Below the pieces are notes generated by a model. The model saw only the letters and a list, made by a program, of their open reading frames with translations. It ran no database searches and was not told where the DNA came from. A stretch of 64,000 bases of DNA from Marsupella aquatica (Eukaryota; Plantae; Marchantiophyta), in the NCBI GenBank assembly GCA_973895155.1, contig OZ316891.1:11342671-11406670 (forward strand), in the 5' to 3' direction. Each line of letters opens with the position of its first letter. Position 1 is the stretch's first letter. Of this stretch, positions 1-10,901 are shown piece after piece. A program made the translations under genes and the position numbers.

Positions 1-59
1 CTGTCTTAATCATAGTCTTTTTTTGATATTGGGTGTCTATTGCTTTGTAAAGGGCACAG

Positions 60-500
60 GCATTTGTTAGATATTGCTCTAGTCTTGTGACTCATGAGCT
101 AACCACAGTTAGTCTAACTCGGGTTAGAACTTAGCTAATGTTAGCGGTAATGTTGTTGTGCATATAGTCAGGGCTGATGCCAGACCCTGGGTGGAACTTA
201 GGCTCGTTGTTACGGAACTAGTTGAGAGAGGGAGAGCTTGTGCTGTGGATGCTTGGTATGGTCGGTCGGCCTAGAGTGGAGTAAAGCTCTTGTGTGTTCC
301 CGTGGATGTAGCCTCATGTGGAGGTGAACCACGTATCTCTCTGTGTCGACTATTGTGCGTTGGATGGTTCATGGGCTTGTTATTACGAATGTCATCTATG
401 CTCAATAGCATTCACTATTCTTTAGAGGAGAGGCTGTTTGTTTCTAGGCCTCTAGTAGGATTCCCTTGCTTGACCCTCCAATGCAGTTTACACACTCATG
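60..500 (+). mobile_element. Degenerate LTR-retrotransposon LTR fragment
   Basis: Contains CGTGGATGTAGCC...GAACCACGTAT (~301-336), a motif typical of plant LTRs; the same motif occurs inverted at ~41863-41897. No coding capacity; boundaries approximate. Confidence 0.4.
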
Positions 501-1920
501 AGGTATACTAGGTAGGGTGTAGGAGTATTTTAGTTTTTTGGTTCCTTAGCTTTTCTTGCCTTGGGCTTTTGCCATGGTACTTTTGGCTTTTTATTCCTCT
601 GCTTTTTCTCCCTTGATTGGGTTTCTTGCCTGAGGGATTTTGTATCCAGGTTGGGCGCTCTATATTTTTTGGGGAGTTTGAAAGTTTGAAATATATCTTT
701 TTGATGGGGAAACTCTTGCGTGTCGAAGTTTTGTATATCATATCAGTTGGGTATACTGAGGGTCATGAAATAATCAACAGAGCGATCGAATAATTGACTG
801 AGCATAATTGTAGTAGTTCGTCGTGCAGCTTGCGTATATGCAGACCAGACAGGCAACCATTGATGCTCACACCACAGCTAGATTATTTGCGATCTACAAG
901 GACTATCAATATGACATGTCTGAGGGGACAGGACGCTGTGATCGAGACTTCACACAAGCATTCGCGCGACGAGAGTGTCCAGCTGGTTTGTTCTTATGTA
1001 CTTAGTTATTGTGAACTACAGTACAACGAAGTTGGGGCAAATTCACAGCCAGATTTTTTCGTACCTCTATTTACGCTTTTGCAACTGAATTGTACTTCCT
1101 ACGTATTTGCTATATACTTCTCTAACAGCCTACTAGAATCTGGTGCGAGCCTGGAAGAGTGCGGAGCTTGCATTTGCCCACATTTCGAGGTGCTGTAAAC
1201 TCAGTCTTGGCTCTTGCTCCCTCGCGGAGTATATTAAACAGAACCTCGAGTGATTATGATTCCACGGATGTACGCTGAAGATGATGAGGATATGGCTTGC
1301 AGATCGACTAATATCTACTGTGTTTATGGGAGTCGAGAAAATCGAGGTCTATTCCTGAAAGCCGAAAGCTCACAGATCATACTCTATACTAGAGCCAAAC
1401 TCTTGACGATGATTGGTGACCAATCGCTCAGAAGAAGAAAATTCAGATTTAATAGAGAAGATTGACACCGAACAGCAAATAAGAAGAACAGCAAGAAACA
1501 CAACAATTAAGACTGAGAGTTGTCTGCAGGATGCTTAAAATTGTTCAATTCTCAGAGCTGGCACCTGAAGGTTAGCGCATAAATTAAGGACGAAGATGGA
1601 CTCTGGGAGAATTAGAAGCAAGTAATTACTATCTCTCTGAAACATACTTACATAAATGTCTAAGAGACAGTAACAGTCACAAAGTATTCTGGCGTTGATC
1701 AATCGACCAGCCTTTAGCTCCAAACGGACCAAGAATCTAGTTCTTCCGAATGAGGAAATTAAGGCTGCATTTTGTTACTGCGTAATTTATCTCCAGCTCA
1801 GATCGTACTTGAACTCCCTTCGGCTATTTCCTACCTAAAGAAGAAGCTGGCACACTCAGTTATTAGTCACTTGCAAGACCTTGGTTTCCGCGTAATTGGT
1901 CTCTTGCATTCCTGCATTGT

Positions 1921-3152
1921 TGCAACACCTCTGGCAACTGGGAGTTTAGGTGGACTGAGAGCACCCCTGTTCTTGACATTCAAGCAGTGATGCATGTGGA
2001 AGAGGAAATCATGAACACAGCAAGACCGATTGGACGTTCGACTAGCACAGAAACAACGAAGTGGGATGAGACTGCAAGTCTTCTTCCTCCTAAGTTAAGG
2101 GGGAGGACATGTATTGGACTGCCGGGTTAGAAAGCACGTAGGCTACAAATGCAGGAATTTGTTTCTCAAGACTGTTGAACGTTCAAAAATGTTCAAACGA
2201 AATCAAACGGGCTCCTCACGACTACACCAATTCTTCAACTCTTGAAGAAACGTGAAGAAGGTTTGAATCATGGTCGGATTTTCAATTCCGCTTGAACACA
2301 GTTCCAAATCAGAAGCTGTAAACACTAATGACCCCAAGCTATTGACAGCCACCAGTGAGCAACTCAGGAGGCCAATTCAGCTCAGACAATGCGAACGACT
2401 CGGACAGTATGAAAAAGCTCCACACTGTGACAGTACCTCTGGGACAGTATGAAGAGCTCTCCTATCTGGTCTGGATCCAGGTATTGGCCTGATCTCAAAA
2501 ATGGTGATGATATATATGGCCGACCTAGCTTTCGGCTCGCTGTGGAGTTGAAACTCGAGGTCAGACACGAAATCATCGAGGGGACTAGTTCATACACAAA
2601 GCTACTGTCTGTCCTAAAGAATTCTGTGGTAGAAAACACTGCTTTGATGACACAAACAACGGCCGGTGATTACCTGCATGATGTTTGGATCGGCTACGAA
2701 GGAGACTACACCTAGAGTCATATTTCTGGCATGGGTGCAGAATCAAATGACTCCTGTTTTGAGAAACGCCGTCTTTGACATAAATACCTTAGCAATTCGG
2801 TCCACAGAGGTTCGGTCCGGCAAGAGGTACCTGCCAGATGCTGGCACACCATGCAATGAAGCCCCTTGAGGACCTGATTCGTGAGCGTCTGAGTAGAAGT
2901 ATGGATCTCCAGATCCGGGCTTCCTTTGAAAAGCTAAGAGCTCGATTTGCTGAGAGATTTCAGAAGGCACTTGTGGAAGTTAATCAACTCGTCAAGAAAG
3001 ATATCCAATTGTTAGGGGTATATGAAGGGCTGACGATTAGCTGTGATGTTGGAAAGTACTTGCAGTGCAATAATCTTCTTGAACGAGGTAAACGTTTCTG
3101 GACGAAGATGCTGCCATTCTTAGACATTGCATTTCCAGACTGGTATACATAG
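1921..3152 (+). pseudogene. Frameshifted paralog of the adjacent Myb/SANT (trihelix-like) gene
   Basis: Frame from 1921 reads EFRWTESTPVLDIQAVMHVEEEIM...KWDETASLLPPKL, then after shifts GYKCRNLFLKTVERSK, LTTTPILQLLKKREEGL and AWVQNQM. These parallel YRWSEDARLQVIEAVKTMEDKL, KWEEVASRLPPVF, LTKKVIQALAAYEEGCL and WWVQHQL in the 4584-7250 protein. ORFs 2449, 2666 and 2838 overlap in successive frames. Confidence 0.6.
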
Positions 3153-4583
3153 AAGTTAATCCATTTCGACGTGCGTCATCAAATTCAACGCACACCTTGA
3201 TATTCTAATTAATAGATGCATGCGAAAGTCAATTATGTAATAAACTAAGCCCAATAATTTTTTCCGAAATGTCGAAAGCTATCTGGGATTGATGGGCATT
3301 ATTTACACGAAAGGAACTTTACTAGTACATTGATTTTGTACTAGTGAGTACTCAGATCTAGACTGAACTAAGGAAGATCTTGTTGTGGGCGGTCGACTTC
3401 TAAATTTTCAGCTGGTGTCTGTACGTTGAATAGAAGTGGGGCTCTGTATTTGTATCCGTTGTTTGTAGATTGAGCTCCAAATATCCATCGATCCGTTTTT
3501 AGATATCAAGCACAACATGTCGAGCTCTGGAAGCTAGACTCTGTACTCTTGCCTGACCTGCCTGAGTACATGATATTTAGGACTGTTAATCGATCCACTG
3601 ACCATGATCATCCATAAGCATCGGCAATATATTGATCAATGTATGAATTCGATATATTTGAAGCTATGAAAACTCAATACGTCGGTGGCAGCAGGGAAAT
3701 TCTCTGTGCTCTCGCTGGAACTTGGTATTCGGGTCGATCACACAAAGTGGCTTGGTAATTTTGATTGGGTTATTTGGGGGTATTTGCAGCTAACACGTCG
3801 AGACATGCATTCTCCCAATTTGCGGTAATTAATTTATATGAATTTATGTCCTAACTGGTCTAGACAGTACAAACTTCGGTACCTCTGGGTAGAAAAGTAT
3901 ATGTGGTGTCACGAGATTGAAATGACTCCGCGTGAGGTGCATGTGTAAGGACTACCCGTATACAGTAATGCGTCTCAAGGTACAGGACGGTGTAATCGAG
4001 AATTTCGAACCATAGCGAAAGCCTAAAAAGGCTGCATACCCGATCAAAACCGGACAGGCCTGCACCATTTCTTTCGACATCTCAAGATTGTATATGTAAA
4101 TTGTCATTCAAGTTAGTTCGTCCTAATTTTTCCATCGGCACCAGTTATGGAGCTATGATATGGATTGGAAAAGCCGAGGTGTAGCTAACTGCTTGCGATG
4201 TAGCTAGGATGTGTATTTGTTAGATATTTCACGCGGCTCAATCAAAATTCTTTCTGCAGGTTTTGAACAGGCCTCGGACCGAGCTGTTGATCATTCTGAT
4301 ACGTCTGTAATTAATCCAGGTGTCCTGATCAGTATACAGTGTCCTGGTCATCGTCCCACACAGATTGAGGTCGCTAAATTAGACATATTATCTCGAGGTG
4401 GACTCAACGTATATGGCAATGGACCTTACATGCATCTGGTTGCTAAGTCTTATCCGAGGTGATTGAAGGTTCAAAGAGTTGAACCATAGTCGTGACATCT
4501 AGTTCATGCAACAAGAATTTGGAGCCTGGTTGAGTGACTAGCTTCAAGCCATCGATCTAAGTTCATCGATCTTGAGATTCACA

Positions 4584-7250
4584 ATGAAAGGTCGCTCCGG
4601 TGGATCCAAACATTTCAGATGGGGTCTAGAGACCAGACTCTTGCTCGTAGAAATTTTGACGATGGTGGACAAAGATCAAGCGGCCAAACGCTGGACCCGG
4701 CGCTTGATTAATGCAACTCCTGCAGCTGAACTTTCAGTTGCACAAACAGGAAAGTGGGAGGAAGTGGCATCCAGGCTACCACCAGTCTTCAACGCTATCG
4801 ATCCCTCACGGCGCGGTACAACTTGCTACTCCCAATACAATCAGCTCCGCCAAAGATTTAAGTTCATGAGGCTTGACCATCGTAGCCGCTACAGGAGAGC
4901 TAGTACTGGGAAGCGAGATCCTATCATGACCACTGAACTATGCTGGAAGATAGCAGAATATCTGGATAGTCGTCGTCCTCGCAGACGCCCTGGACATCAA
5001 GTTGCTATGAGCATTCTTGACAATGAGCTCTGCACAGCCTCAAACCAAGTAGTAGCCTCACTCGACGATGGGCTTCCTCTCCTTGAGCAGAGCCACGGAA
5101 AACACCTTCCAGCAAGCAATGACAAGCAGCTGATCTACAGTACAGTTCATTCTAAGCTGGACCATGAAAGTCAAGCAGTAGCACTCAAGCGTGGGGACCA
5201 TCTGCAGTATCGACACGGCCAGGCCAAGTTTATCAGGAAAAACGATGTTCCAGAGATGAGGCTGAACAAGGTCCCAAGAAGCGGTACATACAGGTGGAGC
5301 GAGGATGCTCGCTTGCAGGTAATAGAGGCTGTGAAGACGATGGAGGACAAGCTGAGCCAAGATGGGCTAATCAAGAACTGGAGAGAGATAGCGGCAAATC
5401 TGCCAAAGCATTTGTTCTGGGACATTGATTTGGACCGGTTGGCCAGCATTGCGAAGAAACAGTTTGCTGAACTGAGGAGGAGATATCGAATCATAATGTC
5501 CGACGGCCACGACACATCAGGCACTGCGCTACCAGTCAAATTTAAGACCTTGACAAAGAAAGTGATTCAAGCGCTGGCAGCGTATGAAGAAGGTTGCCTT
5601 CAGCGCACTCCATCACGAGCTCCTCTACGAACCGTTCGTAAGCTCTGCAACAGAAAGGAGAACGCTCTCTGGGTCACAGTTACACCGTCAGACGCTCTGA
5701 ATGCAGAATATCTGGGAGCGGACTTGGGAGCAAATGGACCTGTTCGAGTGGAAACTTTATCTAGATCAGGACTGGGCATTGATCATGAGAATGATTCGTT
5801 CGGAGGGGCCTTCGTAGAATATGATCCAGTTTGTGATGACTATGGTCGCGACGAGGAGCACAGCATCGTCCCCAACGATTGTAGCTGGTCTTCGGGTTAT
5901 GACGAGAGAAAAAGTGCTGACAGGCAAACTTCTCCACGGGAATGCAAGAATAGCGAGAGTAGCTATTCCAAACTCCTTGAGAGTGAAGATCATGCTTATG
6001 CTGATGCGTGGGAAGCCGAAGAAGTCACCAACAGGGAGCGGAATGAAGGCCACTTTTGGTTCGACAATCGGCAGTCCGAGTACCTAGACCTTCAAAGTAG
6101 ACAGACAGTGTCATCACATGCTTATTCAATTCAACCACATCACACTACAGATCATAGCGAGCGACGAATGTTAGAGAAGTGTCTCCACAGACAGAGTGGC
6201 TGCTCATCAGCTATTTCTATCAGCTCAAGCGACAGTGATCCAGAATCTGACTGCCACGAGGACGGCGCTCATCTGAGAAATCAAGACGGCCGCAGTGAGA
6301 AAGGTCGACACAGCCAATCATCGGCTAACAGCGATTCGGAAGAGAGCTTGAAGCAGGGCCGGCATCCCAATTCGGACGGGAATAAGAAGGGTGGCTTGCG
6401 GCAGCGACAGACTCATTGGCAGAGAGGGAGACCATCAGCTGTTGATGAAAGAGATTCACACTCTGGAAAAGATAAGAACCCTGAGAATGGCTCCGAGAGC
6501 AGTGGGTACCAGTCCGAAAGCGATCACAGTCCAAACAGTGATCAAGAAGAGTATGATTCTGTATCTGAAAGTGATAATGAATCAATGAGCCACGGTGATG
6601 CACACTCTCCATCGCATTCTTGGTTAAGGCTCAATAATAACTCTGAGAGTGGAAACTTTGAGCAAAGTGAGCCCACAGAGTTTCTGAACATTGGCGAAAG
6701 GCCGGAAATCTTAAGCTCGAAGACTAGGTGTGCTAATAGTCAGTGGGGTGAGACTGCTCGACGGGGCCACGGGACTTCTCGAAGTAGTCATCCTCAGCCG
6801 AGGGGCCCACTGATTAATGAGCCAGCAAAAATGAAAGGAGAATTCAAGCATGGCGAGGCAATTCCCTCCGGCACCGTGGAGAAGATGACGGGTAGTACTT
6901 CAGGGCCAGAGCATGATCAGACACTTGAAGGAACTCCAGTGGTGGCGAAAATGCTGAGGGGGGTGGATCTGGAATTCTCCAAATTGAACTGGTGGGTTCA
7001 GCATCAGCTTCCCCTGGAGAGAGAGAAGATCAAAGATGTCATAAGGTCAGTAAGCATCCCAAATTCTCCGAACAAAGCGGTGGGATCAGAAGGAATATGT
7101 GCTGGGGCCGTCAAGGTTTCTAGGCTGCAGCATCAAATCAGATGGGTCCTCAAGGCCGAGCTACAGCGAGTCCGCCTAAAGGTTTTTGAGGAGGTGGATA
7201 AGAGCAGCCAGGTTGTGATCCAAGAAATCCTCCAGTCTTTGGAGATGTAG
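4584..7250 (+). CDS. Intronless protein with two N-terminal Myb/SANT-like (trihelix/MADF-type) domains, an acidic Ser-rich disordered middle and a helical C-terminus
   Basis: 892-aa ORF from 4572, first ATG at 4584. Two repeats of RW..E.RL.....-W.E.A..LP-..Q...LR.R[FY][KR], the W/W/helix-3 pattern of trihelix/Myb-SANT domains. Confidence 0.75.
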   Translation: MKGRSGGSKHFRWGLETRLLLVEILTMVDKDQAAKRWTRRLINATPAAELSVAQTGKWEEVASRLPPVFNAIDPSRRGTTCYSQYNQLRQRFKFMRLDHRSRYRRASTGKRDPIMTTELCWKIAEYLDSRRPRRRPGHQVAMSILDNELCTASNQVVASLDDGLPLLEQSHGKHLPASNDKQLIYSTVHSKLDHESQAVALKRGDHLQYRHGQAKFIRKNDVPEMRLNKVPRSGTYRWSEDARLQVIEAVKTMEDKLSQDGLIKNWREIAANLPKHLFWDIDLDRLASIAKKQFAELRRRYRIIMSDGHDTSGTALPVKFKTLTKKVIQALAAYEEGCLQRTPSRAPLRTVRKLCNRKENALWVTVTPSDALNAEYLGADLGANGPVRVETLSRSGLGIDHENDSFGGAFVEYDPVCDDYGRDEEHSIVPNDCSWSSGYDERKSADRQTSPRECKNSESSYSKLLESEDHAYADAWEAEEVTNRERNEGHFWFDNRQSEYLDLQSRQTVSSHAYSIQPHHTTDHSERRMLEKCLHRQSGCSSAISISSSDSDPESDCHEDGAHLRNQDGRSEKGRHSQSSANSDSEESLKQGRHPNSDGNKKGGLRQRQTHWQRGRPSAVDERDSHSGKDKNPENGSESSGYQSESDHSPNSDQEEYDSVSESDNESMSHGDAHSPSHSWLRLNNNSESGNFEQSEPTEFLNIGERPEILSSKTRCANSQWGETARRGHGTSRSSHPQPRGPLINEPAKMKGEFKHGEAIPSGTVEKMTGSTSGPEHDQTLEGTPVVAKMLRGVDLEFSKLNWWVQHQLPLEREKIKDVIRSVSIPNSPNKAVGSEGICAGAVKVSRLQHQIRWVLKAELQRVRLKVFEEVDKSSQVVIQEILQSLEM

Positions 7251-10200
7251 AAAGTAATCGTCTGCTGAGCTCATTGAGCCGGTGAGTATAGAAAGTAGCA
7301 TAAATAACAAGCAGCTAACTGTGCTCAATTAATCCAAGTTCAATCACCGGATTTTTACTAGGTATGATATATTGTGTTGCCGATCCTTCGAACATGTCGG
7401 ATCGATCCTTCTCAGATGATCAGCGCGTCATCAAACGGAGAAGGAATTAAACCTTTCTGTGACATTTTTCATGTGGTCTTTGCGTATAAATTGAACTTAA
7501 GAAACGTCATTCTCCTTCACCCCTGCTTTCTTTCAGGTGCATGCCTTTTATCCTCGAACCACCTTCGCCCTCCCGAGCAATGAACGGTCTCTCATACCCG
7601 TCTTCTCGATCAGCCTGAGCCCCTACTCGTGAAACAGGCCTCGCCTTGAGCAAACCGTTTTATGTGGGCTACATAAGAATCTGTCGAGACGATACCCTCG
7701 ATTGGGAATTGAGTGAAACTTTGGAGTAGTCCTCTGGGTGCATGTAATGACTCGAACGAATCCAATCTCTTGATATATCCTTTAATGCGTTCACGCAGAG
7801 GGATCCACTTTCTCAATTGACGATTATGTTGTTTGCGTGCATTCACACAGTGAAATAATTCGCTGAAAGCATTGAAAGATATACATTACCGGTACGGATA
7901 CACTCACCGAATGCCTCCTGTGCTGCATGCGGATAACCCTACCGAGCATCATGGACAGTTTCAACTTCTAAATCCCTCACTTGCATTCATGCAAATCAAT
8001 CAGAAAACCGCTGCATCAAACTTCCCTGGTTAGGGACTGCACAGTCTGGGAATTTGCGGAATTGTTACGAAGGCACATACATGTATGTACGTATACACGA
8101 CCTTTCACTCCCCAACCTTTCGTTTCGAGAAATCATCGTCTTTGGAAGTGCAAAACGGAATAAAAGAGCGTAGCGTGAAATCCTCTGTTCTGTAAAAGTT
8201 CTTTCACGTTCGAAAACTTAAGTCGAACATTTTTAGTGCTGACTTGTAAACCAAAATGCAACTCCCTTTCCGTTATGACCGTCAAAGTTTTAAAGCCGAA
8301 AAGTCAAATCGCTCCATTCCTACCGGCTTTGCATGTGAGCGAGCGAGGAAAGCTGTAGATTAACCCCCTGGTTATCCTGCATGATTGTGTAATGTCACAT
8401 GTGGACCTGCGAGAGATTCCTCATATGCATTCTGCTTATCCTGATTTTGGTATTGATCGGGCTGTACATCCGGGAGAGGACATCGAATATAAATATTTGC
8501 GTGGGTTTTGATCTTTAGTGTGGATCGATCGCTTATTCTTCTAAACATACATGGCGTGTAAATAATTATATGATTGAGCATGTGGGTCCAGCAGATGTGC
8601 TAGCTAGTGTCCTGCAGATTCCACTCGATCAGCCCCGAATTCAATCATGCACCGAGATGAAAATTCCAGACTGGGCAATCCACTCGATTCAAATTTTCAT
8701 TTTATGTAGTGGACAGGTGGGGAAGAATTTTTTCTGGGATCGTACCAAGTCTTAAAGGAGATCGCTGCAAGGGTGAACGATTCAACCGGATGATAAGTAA
8801 ACGTTTGCTCAATGCGATATAGGTGCGCAATAGACAAGAACTATTCCAGCAGAAGTTCCTATTTTGGCAATTTTAGATTCGGGAACCGAGAAGGGTGTGA
8901 GGGGCAGCCCTAGAGACGAGGGCCCTCATGATACCAAGAAGTCATCGGTAGGAGAGTCCTATGTGACTGGAATTGATGCGGCCTTGAAGGAACTTGTGAA
9001 AACAGCGAGAGAACGGGTCAAGTTCGTCACACCAGGGAGCCTGCAGATTCGATGTTTCCCTTGCAAGCAATACCACCTTTACTGCACCGGGAGGATACTT
9101 ACACCCCTGATCATTCCAAGGAGGCTCCCTTGAGAAAAGCTTCGCTAACCATGGCTTGAACATTTGACGCCATTTCATCTTGATTTGTGCCGAACTGTAC
9201 TTATCGTTTCAAAATCCAAACTATTGTAACAAACGCAGGAGTTTGTGGATTTGAAACTTGAAGTGGATGCCAAGGATTAGAAAGGATGGCAAGTTTAAGA
9301 GGCTTCTTGGAATTTCGAGATAAATGTAACGCTGATTGACATCCTCAAAAAGCAAAATGGATATCCCAGAGCTGTGGAGCAGATGAATTCACCAATATGA
9401 GCAGCTATTGAACTGAAGCGTCGTAAATATGGAGCCCCGCCACCGGTCGGCTACGGAATTACGCTGTAAGGAACGTGCATATCTACATCGATTAAATCCA
9501 GAAGTCATTCAAGTTCATAGTATTCCTACTTGTCAGTCCGAACTCAGTTTCTTCTTCGAACGTGTATGGTGATCCTAGATTGAAAAGATTAAATTCCTCA
9601 AAGTGGCAGTCTTAAGCTGGACAATGCAGGAAAATCTAAAATTATAATTGCCAATCTTTTCTAGTCGTCAATTGACTTTGTCTTCTTCTTCGACCAAAGG
9701 GCCTCCTCAAACTGAATCCCAATTACCGCGGCACCAGGGCAGGCAATGCATCGACCAGGATGCTAATTTAGACTCAGCACGCTGCCTCACAATTTCAAGG
9801 GCGATGCTTAGTTTATATCTTCTTCTATCGTCAATTCGAAAATTTTATTGCTCTGGCCTCTCCTCTGTTTGGGACCGTTAAGACAGTTGATGGGAAGCGT
9901 TAGTTGAAATTTCCAAGGCGTCTGGGATTTCTCCTTGTATCGTGTGCCGCTGTGTTGGGTTTCAAAATATAGAAAAGGGCCGAGTATTTTGCGTTACAAC
10001 TCAATCCGCTGTTACTTCAATTGAGGGCTCTTGTTAGTGAAGTCCTTCATACATGTACGTGGAATCCATCTGTGAACACACGACAACAAACGTGAGAAAA
10101 GCAATAATTCTGATGCTGTTCACATCTTAACAGAGATTTGTTTCCCCAACTTCTGACGAAGGACGAGAAGAATCCGCATCTTCAATCTGTTCGATCATCA

Positions 10201-10901
10201 CTTGCACTCTTCAAAGTGTATGAATTAAAGCCAAGTCAGGGCAGCCATGAACCTGTCATCACTAGCGGATGCTCCACCGCTTGTCCCTCCGCCCAGAATC
10301 AAATCTCCCCCAAAAGGTTGGTTCTCATTCTGCCTGTTTGTCCCTCCAATGTGGTAGGAAATGTGGTAGACTACATCGGACCTTGAACGATATTTTACTC
10401 CGAAGAAAAGTGTGGGTATTTGAAGTCTGCGACGTGCCTGAAAGGGGTCTTCAGACTAATCGTTGCAATGACACAGGTATCCGGAGACCAACTCAAGCCT
10501 CATCAAAGAGGACCCAACGCGTGAGTAAGAGTCAAACGTCCATCGATGCCCTCTTCAGTGATGGTAAGAACCATTCAACGAAATCTGTGGTTCAATTTAA
10601 TTCTGAAGCCCTCATGTATGGCCTGGTTGCCGGTATCTCCACATTTGACTTTTATCTTTCGTATAAAAACTCTTTCTGATCGACTCCAAAGTGAGGACTT
10701 GGTTAGGTTGCTCAAACCTCAAAATGAGACGTGTGCAGGTCAAGAAAGATGGAACAACAATTTTGTTAGCGGAAGCAAAAGTGTTTTAGATTTTCATATT
10801 TAAGAGACTTGAGTTATATTTCCTTTCAGCTCGAGTGGCACTGGTCTAAAGTAGACTTCACAGGTGCTGCAGGAACAGCCAAGGCCTCCCCAACATTGCC
10901 A

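Noticed and set aside
508-741. Lys-rich 77-aa minus-strand ORF
   Set aside because: Translation of T-rich low-complexity sequence next to an LTR relic; no domain.
5058-6612. Short ORFs overlapping the 892-aa gene (and similar ones over 19702-23178, 56297-59188, 61671-63353)
   Set aside because: Antisense or alternate-frame shadows of long real ORFs, with no motifs.
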